Below, piece after piece: positions 28,646 to 37,113 of a stretch of 64,000 nt of DNA. The notes under the pieces were generated by a model. It did not search any database. It saw nothing but the letters and a program-made list of their open reading frames with translations, and was not told the origin of the DNA. The number at the start of each line of letters is the position of its first letter. Positions within the stretch are counted from its first letter, which is position 1. The position numbers and the translations under genes were made by a program. Location of the stretch: assembly GCA_050290185.1 (NCBI GenBank), contig JBNKHE010000004.1, forward strand, positions 224,001 through 288,000, read 5' to 3'. This DNA is from Pontiella sp. (GTDB lineage Bacteria; Verrucomicrobiota; Kiritimatiellia; Kiritimatiellales; Pontiellaceae).

Positions 28646-28917
28646 ATGAAAAACAGATCAAACGAATATCAGTCGCCCAAACTAGTAAAATCATTGTGAT
28701 TTTATACGTAGTATTCAGCCTGCTGTATTCTCTAATCGGTATTCCAATGATTATCTTTGGTGGTTCTGAAATGAAGATAATGGGCTTCATGTATCTCTTC
28801 ATGCCAATTCTCGCAGGCATCTTTGGGTTTATCGGTTGCTGGGTTTACAACCTGGTTGCAGGGAAATTCGGTGGTGTTGAATTTGAAGTAAAAGACATTG
28901 GAGAAACAATGGCCTAA
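28646..28917 (+). pseudogene. Cassette gene: small membrane protein (DUF3566-like), frameshifted just after ATG
   Basis: ATG-AAAAA-CAG; one extra A gives MKKQIKRISVAQTSKII..YNLVAGKFGGVEFEV. Confidence 0.6.
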
Positions 28918-28999
28918 CCAGGTCATTGACCCTACTTGGACAACGCCCGTTTTTGAAGGCAAAGTCTGAGTTCCAAGAAGGTCACACGTAACGTTCGAC
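28912..28999 (+). repeat. attC site 14 (88 bp, family B body with family A right arm)
   Basis: GCCTAAC-CAGGTCATTGACCCTACTTGGAC...GGTCACACGTAAC-GTTCGAC. Confidence 0.8.
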
Positions 29000-29014
29000 T
29001 GAGAGGAACATTAT

Positions 29015-29758
29015 ATGATCAAACCAAAAACATTCGTATCTTCAGTAATCCTAACCATGGTTGCGTTAATCTCTCAACATGCTGACGGACAGGTATTGTT
29101 TGGCAGCACCAACGATGGTTCCGGCTCTGGAACTCATTCAGCAGGGCATTTAACCGGACATATAATCTACGTTTCTGAAGAAGCCATCCTCACCCATATC
29201 GGCATCATTTTTGATCAGCCTGGAGGAACGTGCAGAGCAGGAATATACGCAGACTCGGAAGACCAGCCCGGGAAATTACTTGGCGAGATTCCTGCGCTTC
29301 GCATACGTGATCGCGGAGCTACGGAACTTCCCATTGCCGAACCACTGGTTTTATCCCCTGGTAACTACTGGGTTATGATTGCATGTAACCGAGATACGAA
29401 GATTTCAAAGTCACAATCAGCTTCAACCAAGGTTTGTTATCGTCCCTTTGTCTTTGACGAAACCATGCCGGATCCCATAGGTATAACAACTAATTATATG
29501 ACGACCTCAACCGAAGACGTTTATCTCAAGTGCAACTATATTAAAGAAGACGTCTGCCCTTTCTCCTCGGCACCAGCAGGAGAGATTTACTTCCCAACAA
29601 TCAAAGGGAAAGTATATCAGGTTCAGTTTACAGAAGATATAGAATCACCCAACTGGCAACCTTTTGCACCTCCCTTTACGGCAACCGGAGCAAACACCAA
29701 TATATTTTTCTCAACACGCAATACACCAAAACGGCGGTACCGGGTTATTGTAAAATAG
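29015..29758 (+). CDS. Cassette gene: secreted protein with Verrucomicrobia-type C-terminal domain
   Basis: Signal peptide; C-terminal FPTIKGKVYQVQFTEDI..W..RRYRVIVK. Confidence 0.7.
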   Translation: MIKPKTFVSSVILTMVALISQHADGQVLFGSTNDGSGSGTHSAGHLTGHIIYVSEEAILTHIGIIFDQPGGTCRAGIYADSEDQPGKLLGEIPALRIRDRGATELPIAEPLVLSPGNYWVMIACNRDTKISKSQSASTKVCYRPFVFDETMPDPIGITTNYMTTSTEDVYLKCNYIKEDVCPFSSAPAGEIYFPTIKGKVYQVQFTEDIESPNWQPFAPPFTATGANTNIFFSTRNTPKRRYRVIVK

Positions 29759-29763
29759 AATTA

Positions 29764-29899
29764 GTCGAACCAGCGTGTGGACCTTACGCGAGCGCAGATA
29801 ATTTATCAGAGAAAAAACGAGTGAAGCGAGAGGCTCAAAACGCACTCTCCGTCGTGCCTGACGTTGATGGTCCCGCGCAGGTCACACCAGACGTTCGCT
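29764..29899 (+). repeat. attC site 15 (136 bp, long family A with small deletions)
   Basis: GTCGAAC-CAGCGTGTGGACC...GGTCACACCAGAC-GTTCGCT. Confidence 0.85.
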
Positions 29900-29911
29900 A
29901 ACAGGAATATT

Positions 29912-30574
29912 ATGATACAAAAATTAATCAAGAACACTCTGATCCCAACGCTGACCTTAATCGGATTAGCAGGATGCCAAGTTTACCATCATGCCGAAAT
30001 TTCTGGGAACGTAATTCACGACCCACAGCTAGGTTGGAATGGTTATACTGTGAATATTCCAGACGGTTACTACATTATACCAAAAAAGGTCGCAGCCGCA
30101 TCAGCTGGCCCCCTTGAGCATCCGGTTAACTGGTTGGTGAAGGAACGCGATATTTACACGCTCTCTCTAGCACTCAATTTTGATGAGCGCTTTCTATTTA
30201 AGAGCGATGATGAGCAATCATACATTTTATTTGCTTCTGAGCGGCTCGATTTTATCAAGAGCCTCAATCAATTCTCAACCGTAATAAAAAAGAGAGTAAT
30301 GTATAATATAAGGGACTACCAAAAGGTCCGGTTAAATGACAGCGATGCATTGTTCGAGCAAATGACCATCAACGGCATGATGGCCTGCCGCGTAAGCGGA
30401 CGGCTACGGCCCTATTTCAAAAAGAATTATCCCACGATTTTTTATGAAGGTTATTTTTTCCTAGGCCACTTAAACGAAACTTTTTGGGTTGAGGGGATTT
30501 CATCGGCAAAAGGTCGAACTGAGCTGCAACGCGGAGTAAAAGAGATGGCGGAAAGCCTGATGAATCCATTATAA
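29912..30574 (+). CDS. Cassette gene: hypothetical lipoprotein
   Basis: AGGA RBS before ATG 29912, lipobox LAGC. Confidence 0.7.
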   Translation: MIQKLIKNTLIPTLTLIGLAGCQVYHHAEISGNVIHDPQLGWNGYTVNIPDGYYIIPKKVAAASAGPLEHPVNWLVKERDIYTLSLALNFDERFLFKSDDEQSYILFASERLDFIKSLNQFSTVIKKRVMYNIRDYQKVRLNDSDALFEQMTINGMMACRVSGRLRPYFKKNYPTIFYEGYFFLGHLNETFWVEGISSAKGRTELQRGVKEMAESLMNPL

Positions 30575-30583
30575 TTCAAGATA

Positions 30584-30732
30584 AGCGAATCAGCGCGTGG
30601 ACCTTACGCGGGGCATACGCGCAGCGCAGATAATTTATCGGAGATAAATAACGAGTGAAACGAGAGGTTAAAAACGCATGATTTTCATGCCAGACGTTTA
30701 TGAGCAGCGTCGGGTCACACGTAGCGTTGGGA
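30584..30732 (+). repeat. attC site 16 (149 bp, long family A; R'' core is AAT)
   Basis: AGCGAAT-CAGCGCGTGGACC...GGGTCACACGTAGC-GTTGGGA. Confidence 0.8.
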
Positions 30733-30742
30733 GAATGTAAAC

Positions 30743-31537
30743 ATGAAAGTATATCATATTGATGCATTCACCGACGACCTGTTTAAGGGGAATCCTGCTG
30801 GAGTTATCATTCTGAACAATGACGACATCAGCGATGCTCTCAAACAGAGCATCGCAAGAGAATTGAAGCACTCAGAGACTGCGTTTGTCCTCATAAAAGA
30901 AGGACATGTAAATTTAAGGTGGTTTACACCGGAGCGGGAAGTTGACCTTTGTGGTCATGCAACCATTGCGTCAGCTCATATCTTATGGGAGTCTGGAGTA
31001 TTTGATTCTCAGGAGAAAGTGGACTTCCAAACTAGATCAGGCACTCTTCGAGCTATTCACAATAGAGGGAAAATTGAATTGGATTTCCCTCAGCTGTTTG
31101 TAGATGAATGTGAGCAAAACATAATCCTAAACGAAGCTTTTAGGATAGAGCCAGTTTATACGGGAAAGAACTCCAAAAGATACCTGCTCCAAATAGAGAG
31201 TCCTGATGAGCTTAGAAAATTACAGCCTGATTTTGAGTTGCTGAAGAAAGCAGATCTTGGAGCATTCATGATAACCTGCAGATCAGATCGACCGGGTTAT
31301 GATTTTCTTTCGCGATTCTTTGCCCCATGTGTTGGAATTCATGAAGACCCGGTTACCGGATCTGCACATTGTTACCTTGCTCCATACTGGGGTAGGATTC
31401 TCAATAAAAAAACCATGGTTGGTTTTCAGGAATCAAGCCGTACAGGAATCGTTGAATGTGAGCTCCAGGAAAAACATAGATTAAAAATATCAGGACAAGC
31501 TAAAACTGTATTTGAAGCTGAAATGAATATCACCTAA
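30743..31537 (+). CDS. Cassette gene: PhzF family isomerase
   Basis: DAFT..FKGNPAGV, SETAF, LRWFTP.EVDLCGHAT, EDPVTGSAH. Confidence 0.92.
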   Translation: MKVYHIDAFTDDLFKGNPAGVIILNNDDISDALKQSIARELKHSETAFVLIKEGHVNLRWFTPEREVDLCGHATIASAHILWESGVFDSQEKVDFQTRSGTLRAIHNRGKIELDFPQLFVDECEQNIILNEAFRIEPVYTGKNSKRYLLQIESPDELRKLQPDFELLKKADLGAFMITCRSDRPGYDFLSRFFAPCVGIHEDPVTGSAHCYLAPYWGRILNKKTMVGFQESSRTGIVECELQEKHRLKISGQAKTVFEAEMNIT

Positions 31538-31595
31538 CCAGAGCATTCACCCTATCGTTTTCTCCGCGCGCTCAGGGTGATGCTTAACGTTGGCC
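31532..31595 (+). repeat. attC site 17 (64 bp, classical short type)
   Basis: ACCTAAC-CAG-AGCATTCACCCT...AGGGTGATGCT-TAAC-GTTGGCC (one extra T on the left arm). Confidence 0.85.
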
Positions 31596-31606
31596 AGAAA
31601 TAACAA

Positions 31607-32038
31607 ATGAACATTACGAAACTAACAGAAGCTGATCTCCCAGCCCTTGCATCTCTCTACACGCAATTCTGGGGCGAAGAGTCATCAGTGGATAAAATGC
31701 AGTCCACATTTGCTAAACTCCAAGATAATCCTGACTACACCTTCTTAGCAGCACGTCTTGATGATCAAATTGTTGGCTCTGTAATGGGTGTAGTTTGTCA
31801 TGAGCTATACGGGGACTGTAAACCATTCATGGTCGTTGAAGATATGATAATTGATAAGACTGTACGACGGCAAGGTATCGGTTCCCTTTTAATGAATTCA
31901 ATTGAGGAAAAAGCGAAAGAGAGAGAGTGCTGTCATCTTATATTAGTGACCGATACAGACCGATATGATGCACGTCAGTTCTATGAGTCATTGGGATTTG
32001 ATCCAGAGAAGAACAAAGGATTCAAAAAGAAACTATAA
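31607..32038 (+). CDS. Cassette gene: GNAT N-acetyltransferase
   Basis: VEDMII..RRQGIGS..ARQFYESLGF. Confidence 0.9.
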   Translation: MNITKLTEADLPALASLYTQFWGEESSVDKMQSTFAKLQDNPDYTFLAARLDDQIVGSVMGVVCHELYGDCKPFMVVEDMIIDKTVRRQGIGSLLMNSIEEKAKERECCHLILVTDTDRYDARQFYESLGFDPEKNKGFKKKL

Positions 32039-32041
32039 CAG

Positions 32042-32274
32042 GGCCAACCAGTGCGTGGACCTTACGCGGCCGAAAGCGACACGTAGTGAGGCTGGAGTTC
32101 ACAGCAATGAAGCGCGGAATGGCAACCGAAGATAATTTCCGCATGCGCGAAGCCATAATTTCCAGAAGGGAAATAGTGAACAGAGAGAACGGTTCAAGAA
32201 CGAAGAGGTTCAAAACGCACAATTTTCTCATGCCCAACGCATATATCCCGTTCAGGTCACACGTAACGTTCGAC
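32042..32274 (+). repeat. attC site 18 (233 bp, extra-long family A)
   Basis: GGCCAAC-CAGTGCGTGGACCTTACGCGG...CAGGTCACACGTAAC-GTTCGAC. Confidence 0.8.
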
Positions 32275-32354
32275 AAAGATATCTAAACTAAACTATCTGG
32301 CTTTAACGTTATTAACGTTTATATGCGTCCAGCCATGCAACAGAAAGGGAACCT

Positions 32355-32939
32355 ATGAAACACACGATCGTACTAATCGTTGCAATTCTGCCTGCACTTA
32401 TTTGGGGTTGCACAACAAAGAGCATTCAAGCTCCTGCTATTGCGCTATCCCAAGATCAGGCGGAAAACAATGCAGATTTAAGAGCAATGTTACCTAGGGG
32501 TACATCGATTGAAGATGCTAAGCAGATTATATTGGCTCAAGGATATGACTGGGAGTTGAAAACAACACGTTCAAAGCTAGACGGGACTCCAACACCATCC
32601 AACCCTTATGCCATATGCACCAAGCCTAACACTGAACCTGTAACCATCGCATTTTCTTCTGACAATACAGTGGCTATAGTCAACATCCTCGAAACACCAA
32701 AAACTACTAAGATCGAAAACATTGTCTACAGTGCAATTGCTGACTATCCGAAGGAAAACGGAAGGAATCCGAACACCACCGAAGAGATCATAGAGTATAT
32801 TTTGAAAAACAATCCGAATGTCGATAAGGCTGACTTAGGATCTATTTCCTTAATAACAAGACCCAACGGAAAGAAACAGCTACGGTTTAATCCTCGAGAC
32901 TACGCGATAAGTTATGTTGACTTGCCTAAATTACAATAA
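32355..32939 (+). CDS. Cassette gene: hypothetical lipoprotein
   Basis: AAGGG RBS, lipobox-like IWGC. Confidence 0.7.
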   Translation: MKHTIVLIVAILPALIWGCTTKSIQAPAIALSQDQAENNADLRAMLPRGTSIEDAKQIILAQGYDWELKTTRSKLDGTPTPSNPYAICTKPNTEPVTIAFSSDNTVAIVNILETPKTTKIENIVYSAIADYPKENGRNPNTTEEIIEYILKNNPNVDKADLGSISLITRPNGKKQLRFNPRDYAISYVDLPKLQ

Positions 32940-32942
32940 CAG

Positions 32943-33031
32943 GCCTAACCAGCGGGCTGAGCTTACCCGGCACAACGCCCGTCGATTAAGTGAAGTTGAT
33001 TTCCCGGGTCAGTTCACCCGTAACGTTCGAT
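32943..33031 (+). repeat. attC site 19 (89 bp, family B-related)
   Basis: GCCTAAC-CAG-CGGGCTGAGCTTACCCGG...CCGGGTCAGTTCACCCG-TAAC-GTTCGAT. Confidence 0.8.
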
Positions 33032-33053
33032 TAATAAAGGAAAGAGTGAGATT

Positions 33054-33503
33054 ATGATACCAACGCAATGGACCACCCAAAGCGGGCAGAAGGATCTTCC
33101 AGAACTTTTGAAGAAACTGGAACAAGAAGGTGGCTCAATTGTTGAGTATAGATCCGTGATCTCTGCAGTAATCTTCTATCGGATATCATCAAAGCTGTAT
33201 TGGGTTTCCAGAGATAAAAGCCAATCATTCCAGGGACTCATTGTTTCCATACCAACCATGCTCCTTGGGTGGTGGTCTATACAGGGATTCTTTTGGACCT
33301 TTTCAGTTATAGTCAGCAACGTTTTGGGCGGTATTGATGTAACAGAGTTGTTCACGACTCCACCAGAGAATGGAGAGCTAAGTGATCGCATAATTAGAAG
33401 GATTGAACAGCAACGGAAAAATCAGCAATGGTCGTTTGTTGGTGGATTACTTCTCTTACTGGCAATCATCATTATTTTTTTCGTGATGCCCTGTTTAAAA
33501 TAA
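33054..33503 (+). CDS. Cassette gene: hypothetical membrane protein
   Basis: LLGWWS..GFFW..N..GGIDVT motif, C-terminal TM. Confidence 0.75.
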   Translation: MIPTQWTTQSGQKDLPELLKKLEQEGGSIVEYRSVISAVIFYRISSKLYWVSRDKSQSFQGLIVSIPTMLLGWWSIQGFFWTFSVIVSNVLGGIDVTELFTTPPENGELSDRIIRRIEQQRKNQQWSFVGGLLLLLAIIIIFFVMPCLK

Positions 33504-33506
33504 TAA

Positions 33507-33652
33507 ATCGAACCAGCGCGTGGACCGTGAATCGCACCAAGGCGCTATTTCCCCTTAAGGGAAGTTATCTATCGCTGCGCTTTCGGCGCGGAACAACGCA
33601 TTTTTGATTCGGTCAACGTTTAGCTCAACGCGGGTCACACGTAACGTTGGCA
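33507..33652 (+). repeat. attC site 20 (146 bp, family A arms with a different centre)
   Basis: ATCGAAC-CAGCGCGTGGACCG...CGGGTCACACGTAAC-GTTGGCA. Confidence 0.8.
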
Positions 33653-33666
33653 GTAAAAGGTAAAAC

Positions 33667-34455
33667 ATGAAGAAAAACATAATTGCAACGGTGATAATTT
33701 GTTTGCTGATGGAAATACACGTCACAGCGGCAAACGAGAATTTCCATACATTTACCGATACGAAAGGACGAAGCATTCGAGCTAAACTGCTTAAATTCGA
33801 GGCCTCAACCGGGCGGGTCTTCATCTTGACTGATAGCGGTAACAGGACATGGATGAATCCTTCTGCCTTATCGTATGAATCCGCAGCCTATGTCCGCAGA
33901 TGGATACAGGCCAACCAGTTTCTTTCTGAGAATTATCTACGCGTATCAATCAATAAACGGTTCATTGGTGATGAAATTTGCTATGACTTGACGATGGAAA
34001 ACCGCACGAAAAACCCGCTACCTTCTTTGAAGGTAGACTATGTTATTTATATCAACCGGAAGGGGTATAACGGGACGCCTGATGAGATGCGCTGTATTGG
34101 AGGGACAATCACGATAGACAATTTTGCCGCCCGCAAAAAGGTCGTAAAGACAACAAAAGAGGTATCCTTGGAGAAGCAGATGCGGGCCGCTTATACGACT
34201 GGCCTTAACGGCACTCTGACAACAGATAACATGAAGATTCGCGAGGATAAGCCCTTAGGGATATGGTTTAAGATCTATGGTCCCCCTCTGGATGGTGTTC
34301 GTTCGGTGCGTGATGCTTCCTTTCCAAATGCGTTAAAGGAGCATGTCGTGTGGGCAAAACATGTGTTTATTTCGCAAGATACGGATTTGAGTCCGGATGT
34401 GGATTCGATGTCAGGTCTGGATTCTCAGCTGGATAATCTGAATTCGATGATGTAG
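33667..34455 (+). CDS. Last cassette gene: secreted protein with N-terminal SHD1-like domain
   Basis: Signal peptide; FHTFTDTKGRSIRAKL..LS..SAAYVRRW; followed by a degenerate attC left arm (CAGCGCGAGGGGCCTTCCGCGG, about 34476). Confidence 0.7.
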   Translation: MKKNIIATVIICLLMEIHVTAANENFHTFTDTKGRSIRAKLLKFEASTGRVFILTDSGNRTWMNPSALSYESAAYVRRWIQANQFLSENYLRVSINKRFIGDEICYDLTMENRTKNPLPSLKVDYVIYINRKGYNGTPDEMRCIGGTITIDNFAARKKVVKTTKEVSLEKQMRAAYTTGLNGTLTTDNMKIREDKPLGIWFKIYGPPLDGVRSVRDASFPNALKEHVVWAKHVFISQDTDLSPDVDSMSGLDSQLDNLNSMM

Positions 34456-34550
34456 CAATGAACTAATTGTTCACCCAGCGCGAGGGGCCTTCCGCGGACG
34501 GAGCATCGCGGAGGAGGTTGCGCAAGGAACGAGAGTCCCCAAAATGCATT

Positions 34551-34609
34551 CGCCATCGCCGAAGGCTTCATCATTCGCTGAAGCTACGGCAGACGAGATG
34601 GCGGACAAG
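34551..34609. repeat. REP-like nested palindrome at the array's right border
   Basis: CGCCATC..GCCGAAGGCTTCA...TGAAGCTACGGC..GATGGCG-GACAAG. Confidence 0.5.
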
Positions 34610-34674
34610 CCTGTTTTAATGCCTGATATGAATTGATTGGAGTAGGGACAAGATCGCACGTAAGATTCTCCTCC

Positions 34675-35322
34675 ATGATTGAATACAAGAACATCATATT
34701 GCAGGTGCATGGCCAGACGCTCCTGAAGCAGGTGAGCCTGCATATTGCTGCGGGTGACAAGGTCGTACTGCGCGGAACATCCGGTTGCGGCAAAAGTTCG
34801 CTATTGAAATGTGCCATGGGGGCGATTCCTATCGCGGCGGGTTCGGTACGGGTCGATGGGATGGAACTCTCGGCAGAGACAGTGATGGATATCCGCAGCC
34901 GTATCGCCTTCATCGGACAGGAACCCGTACTGGGTGCCGGCTCTGTTCGCGATGCCCTCCTGCTGCCCTTCGGCTACAAGACCCATCGTCATAACCATCC
35001 GGACAAAGGAAAGATTGCCGATCTGCTCCAACGCCTGCATCTGGCGGTTGATATTCTCGAGAAACCCTGCGCCCGGATTTCCGGCGGCGAGAAACAGCGC
35101 ATCGCCATCGCCCGCGCCCTGTTGCTCGATAAGACTGTTTTTCTAGCCGATGAAATCACATCGGCCCTCGACCCGGCAAGCAAGGCCGCGGTCATGGAGG
35201 AACTCTTCAATTCCGGCATTACGCTTTTATCGGTATCGCACGATCCGGAATGGATCAGAGCGGGAAACCGCATTATCGACATCGCAAACCAGGAGCTGAA
35301 CGAGGTACGGCATGACCGCTGA
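34675..35322 (+). CDS. ABC transporter ATP-binding protein (FetA/YbbL-like)
   Basis: Walker A GTSGCGKS, ISGGEKQR, LADEITSALD, SHD. Confidence 0.88.
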   Translation: MIEYKNIILQVHGQTLLKQVSLHIAAGDKVVLRGTSGCGKSSLLKCAMGAIPIAAGSVRVDGMELSAETVMDIRSRIAFIGQEPVLGAGSVRDALLLPFGYKTHRHNHPDKGKIADLLQRLHLAVDILEKPCARISGGEKQRIAIARALLLDKTVFLADEITSALDPASKAAVMEELFNSGITLLSVSHDPEWIRAGNRIIDIANQELNEVRHDR

Positions 35323-36097
35323 ACTTTCCCTGCTATCCATGCTATGGATGTACGCACTCATGCTAGTGCCGCTGGCGATTTTCTTCTACCTGCGGCTCGG
35401 CATTGCCCGCGACACGCTGCTGGCACTGGCACGCATGACCATCCAGTTGATTCTGGTCGGCCTCTATCTAAAGTTTGTCTTCCAGCTCAACAATGCTTTT
35501 ATCAGCCTGCTGTGGGTGGTGACCATGCTGGTGGTGGCAAACATGAGCATCCTGAACAAGGCAGGCCTGAAACGCAGCCGTTTTTTCTGGCGGTCCCTGG
35601 CCGGCGTGGCAGGAAGCACGCTCCTAGCCAGCGGATGGTTCATCCTCGTGGCCATCCGCCCCGACCCCATCTACGACGCACGCTACCTGGTTCCGATCAC
35701 GGGCATGATTCTGGGGAATTGCCTGCGGAGCAACGTACTGAGTCTGGAGCGGTTCTACAGCGGCATCCGGAAAAATGAAAACGAGTTCATGACCTATCTC
35801 ATGCTCGGCGCCACGTTGCGAGAGGCCGTACAGCCCTACCTGCGCGATGCCATCAAAGCCGCCGTCAATCCCTCTGTCGCCACCATGGCCACCATGGGCA
35901 TAGTTTCCCTGCCCGGCATGATGACCGGCCAGATTCTGGGAGGCGCGATGCCGATGGAAGCCATCAAATACCAGATCGGCATCATGATCTGCATCTTCAC
36001 TTCGATGGTTGTAGCTGCGCTGGTCAACATCCTGCTCAGCCTGCCGGTCGCCTTCGACGACCACCAGCGGCTGAACGAGGGTATCTTCAGATCGTAA
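35312..36097 (+). CDS. ABC transporter permease (FetB/YbbM, UPF0014)
   Basis: RMTIQL, VPITGMILGN, GIVSLPGMMTGQILGG..P.EAIKYQ. Confidence 0.9.
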   Translation: MTAELSLLSMLWMYALMLVPLAIFFYLRLGIARDTLLALARMTIQLILVGLYLKFVFQLNNAFISLLWVVTMLVVANMSILNKAGLKRSRFFWRSLAGVAGSTLLASGWFILVAIRPDPIYDARYLVPITGMILGNCLRSNVLSLERFYSGIRKNENEFMTYLMLGATLREAVQPYLRDAIKAAVNPSVATMATMGIVSLPGMMTGQILGGAMPMEAIKYQIGIMICIFTSMVVAALVNILLSLPVAFDDHQRLNEGIFRS

Positions 36098-36154
36098 ACG
36101 TAGAAGCGACTTCCTGTCGTTTCTGCGATATCGCAGCCAGCGTATCCATCCGTT

Positions 36155-37015
36155 TTACAACGCCGAGCCGCGCCAATGCAGCTTCTGCGTAAGAACGGAG
36201 AAGTAGCTGTGATCCTGGAGTTGCAGGAAGCGGGCTTCATGCGGGCTCTTGCGGATTTCGATGCGCCCGCCCTTTTCGATCTTGTATTCATCCTGTCCAT
36301 CGATCGAAAGAATCAGTTCCTTGGTAGCGTTCACCACCTCGATTTCGATCCGGCTGGAGTCGGGCACCACCAGCGGACGCGTTCCGAGGGTGTGCGGACA
36401 GATGACATTAATCCCGAAACCGCCGATTCCCGGATGCAGAATCGGACCGCCAGCCGATAACGAATGGCCGGTGCTTCCGGTCGGGGTCGATACGATCAGG
36501 CCATCGCACATCAGCGAGCCGATCGGCTCGCCATCAATCGAAAGCTTTAAGGTGGAAATACGGGAAGACGCCCCCCAACCAAGCACAATGTCGTTCAGCG
36601 CGGATTCCTCGCCCACCGGATTGCCATTCTGGAAAATGCGGCATTCAGCAACGAGACGCCTGGACACCTTGTAGGTCCTGTGTGCGATGGCGTCGAGTGC
36701 TGCGGCGATTTCCGTATCGCCCACGCTGGTCAGAAAGCCGAGACTCCCGAGATTGATCCCCATGATCGGCACGTCGGAGCCATGCAGCGCGCGCGAGGTA
36801 TACAGCACCGTACCATCGCCTCCCAGCGCCAGCACCACATCGACCTTTTTGTCGAACGAGTCGGCGGGAAGGTACTCCGCACCGAGCGCTTCAACCATGG
36901 AAGCATCTTCGGCATAGAGCGCAAACTTGTGCTTTTCCGCCAGTTGCCGCAGCTCTTTCAGTACATGCGATGCACGAGGCCGCTTCGTATTCACAATAAC
37001 GCCAATCTTTTTCAT
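36155..37015 (-). CDS. nadK: NAD kinase
   Basis: LGGDGT, GINLGSLGFL, ALND, DGLIVSTPTGSTGHSLSAGGP. Confidence 0.95.
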   Translation of the reverse strand: MKKIGVIVNTKRPRASHVLKELRQLAEKHKFALYAEDASMVEALGAEYLPADSFDKKVDVVLALGGDGTVLYTSRALHGSDVPIMGINLGSLGFLTSVGDTEIAAALDAIAHRTYKVSRRLVAECRIFQNGNPVGEESALNDIVLGWGASSRISTLKLSIDGEPIGSLMCDGLIVSTPTGSTGHSLSAGGPILHPGIGGFGINVICPHTLGTRPLVVPDSSRIEIEVVNATKELILSIDGQDEYKIEKGGRIEIRKSPHEARFLQLQDHSYFSVLTQKLHWRGSAL

Positions 37016-37113
37016 GGCAAAAGTATAGATGGCCGGCGCCGGCTTTCCAAGAACACGGAAAGCCATTTTTAAACGGTCAGCAAGCCTGTTTCATCAACGA
37101 TCTGGACCGCTCA

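Larger units (their letters stand above)
19240..34500 (+). mobile_element. Integron gene-cassette array without adjacent integrase (CALIN-like)
   Basis: About 20 co-oriented AT-rich genes, most followed by an imperfect palindrome AAC-CAG-CGCGTGGACCT...AGGTCACACG-TAAC-GTT; no tyrosine recombinase in the window. Confidence 0.9.

Noticed and set aside
21361..33652. CRISPR array
   Set aside because: Repeats are 64-233 bp, variable, and separated by whole genes; no constant-length spacers and no cas genes.
22164..33824. Short ORFs spanning the attC sites (e.g. 22719, 23513, 24034, 28391, 30576, 32086, 33555) and N-terminal extensions at 22810, 23589, 25581, 29864
   Set aside because: They are translations of the repeat; better starts lie downstream of each GTT, most with a clear RBS.
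19318..34455. Toxin-antitoxin or antibiotic-resistance cassettes
   Set aside because: No recognisable TA pair; the two GNATs cannot be assigned to a resistance family from sequence alone.
18245..35322. Integron integrase or transposase near the array
   Set aside because: Flanking genes are an AEC transporter and an ABC ATPase; I saw no tyrosine-recombinase or DDE motifs in any ORF in the window.
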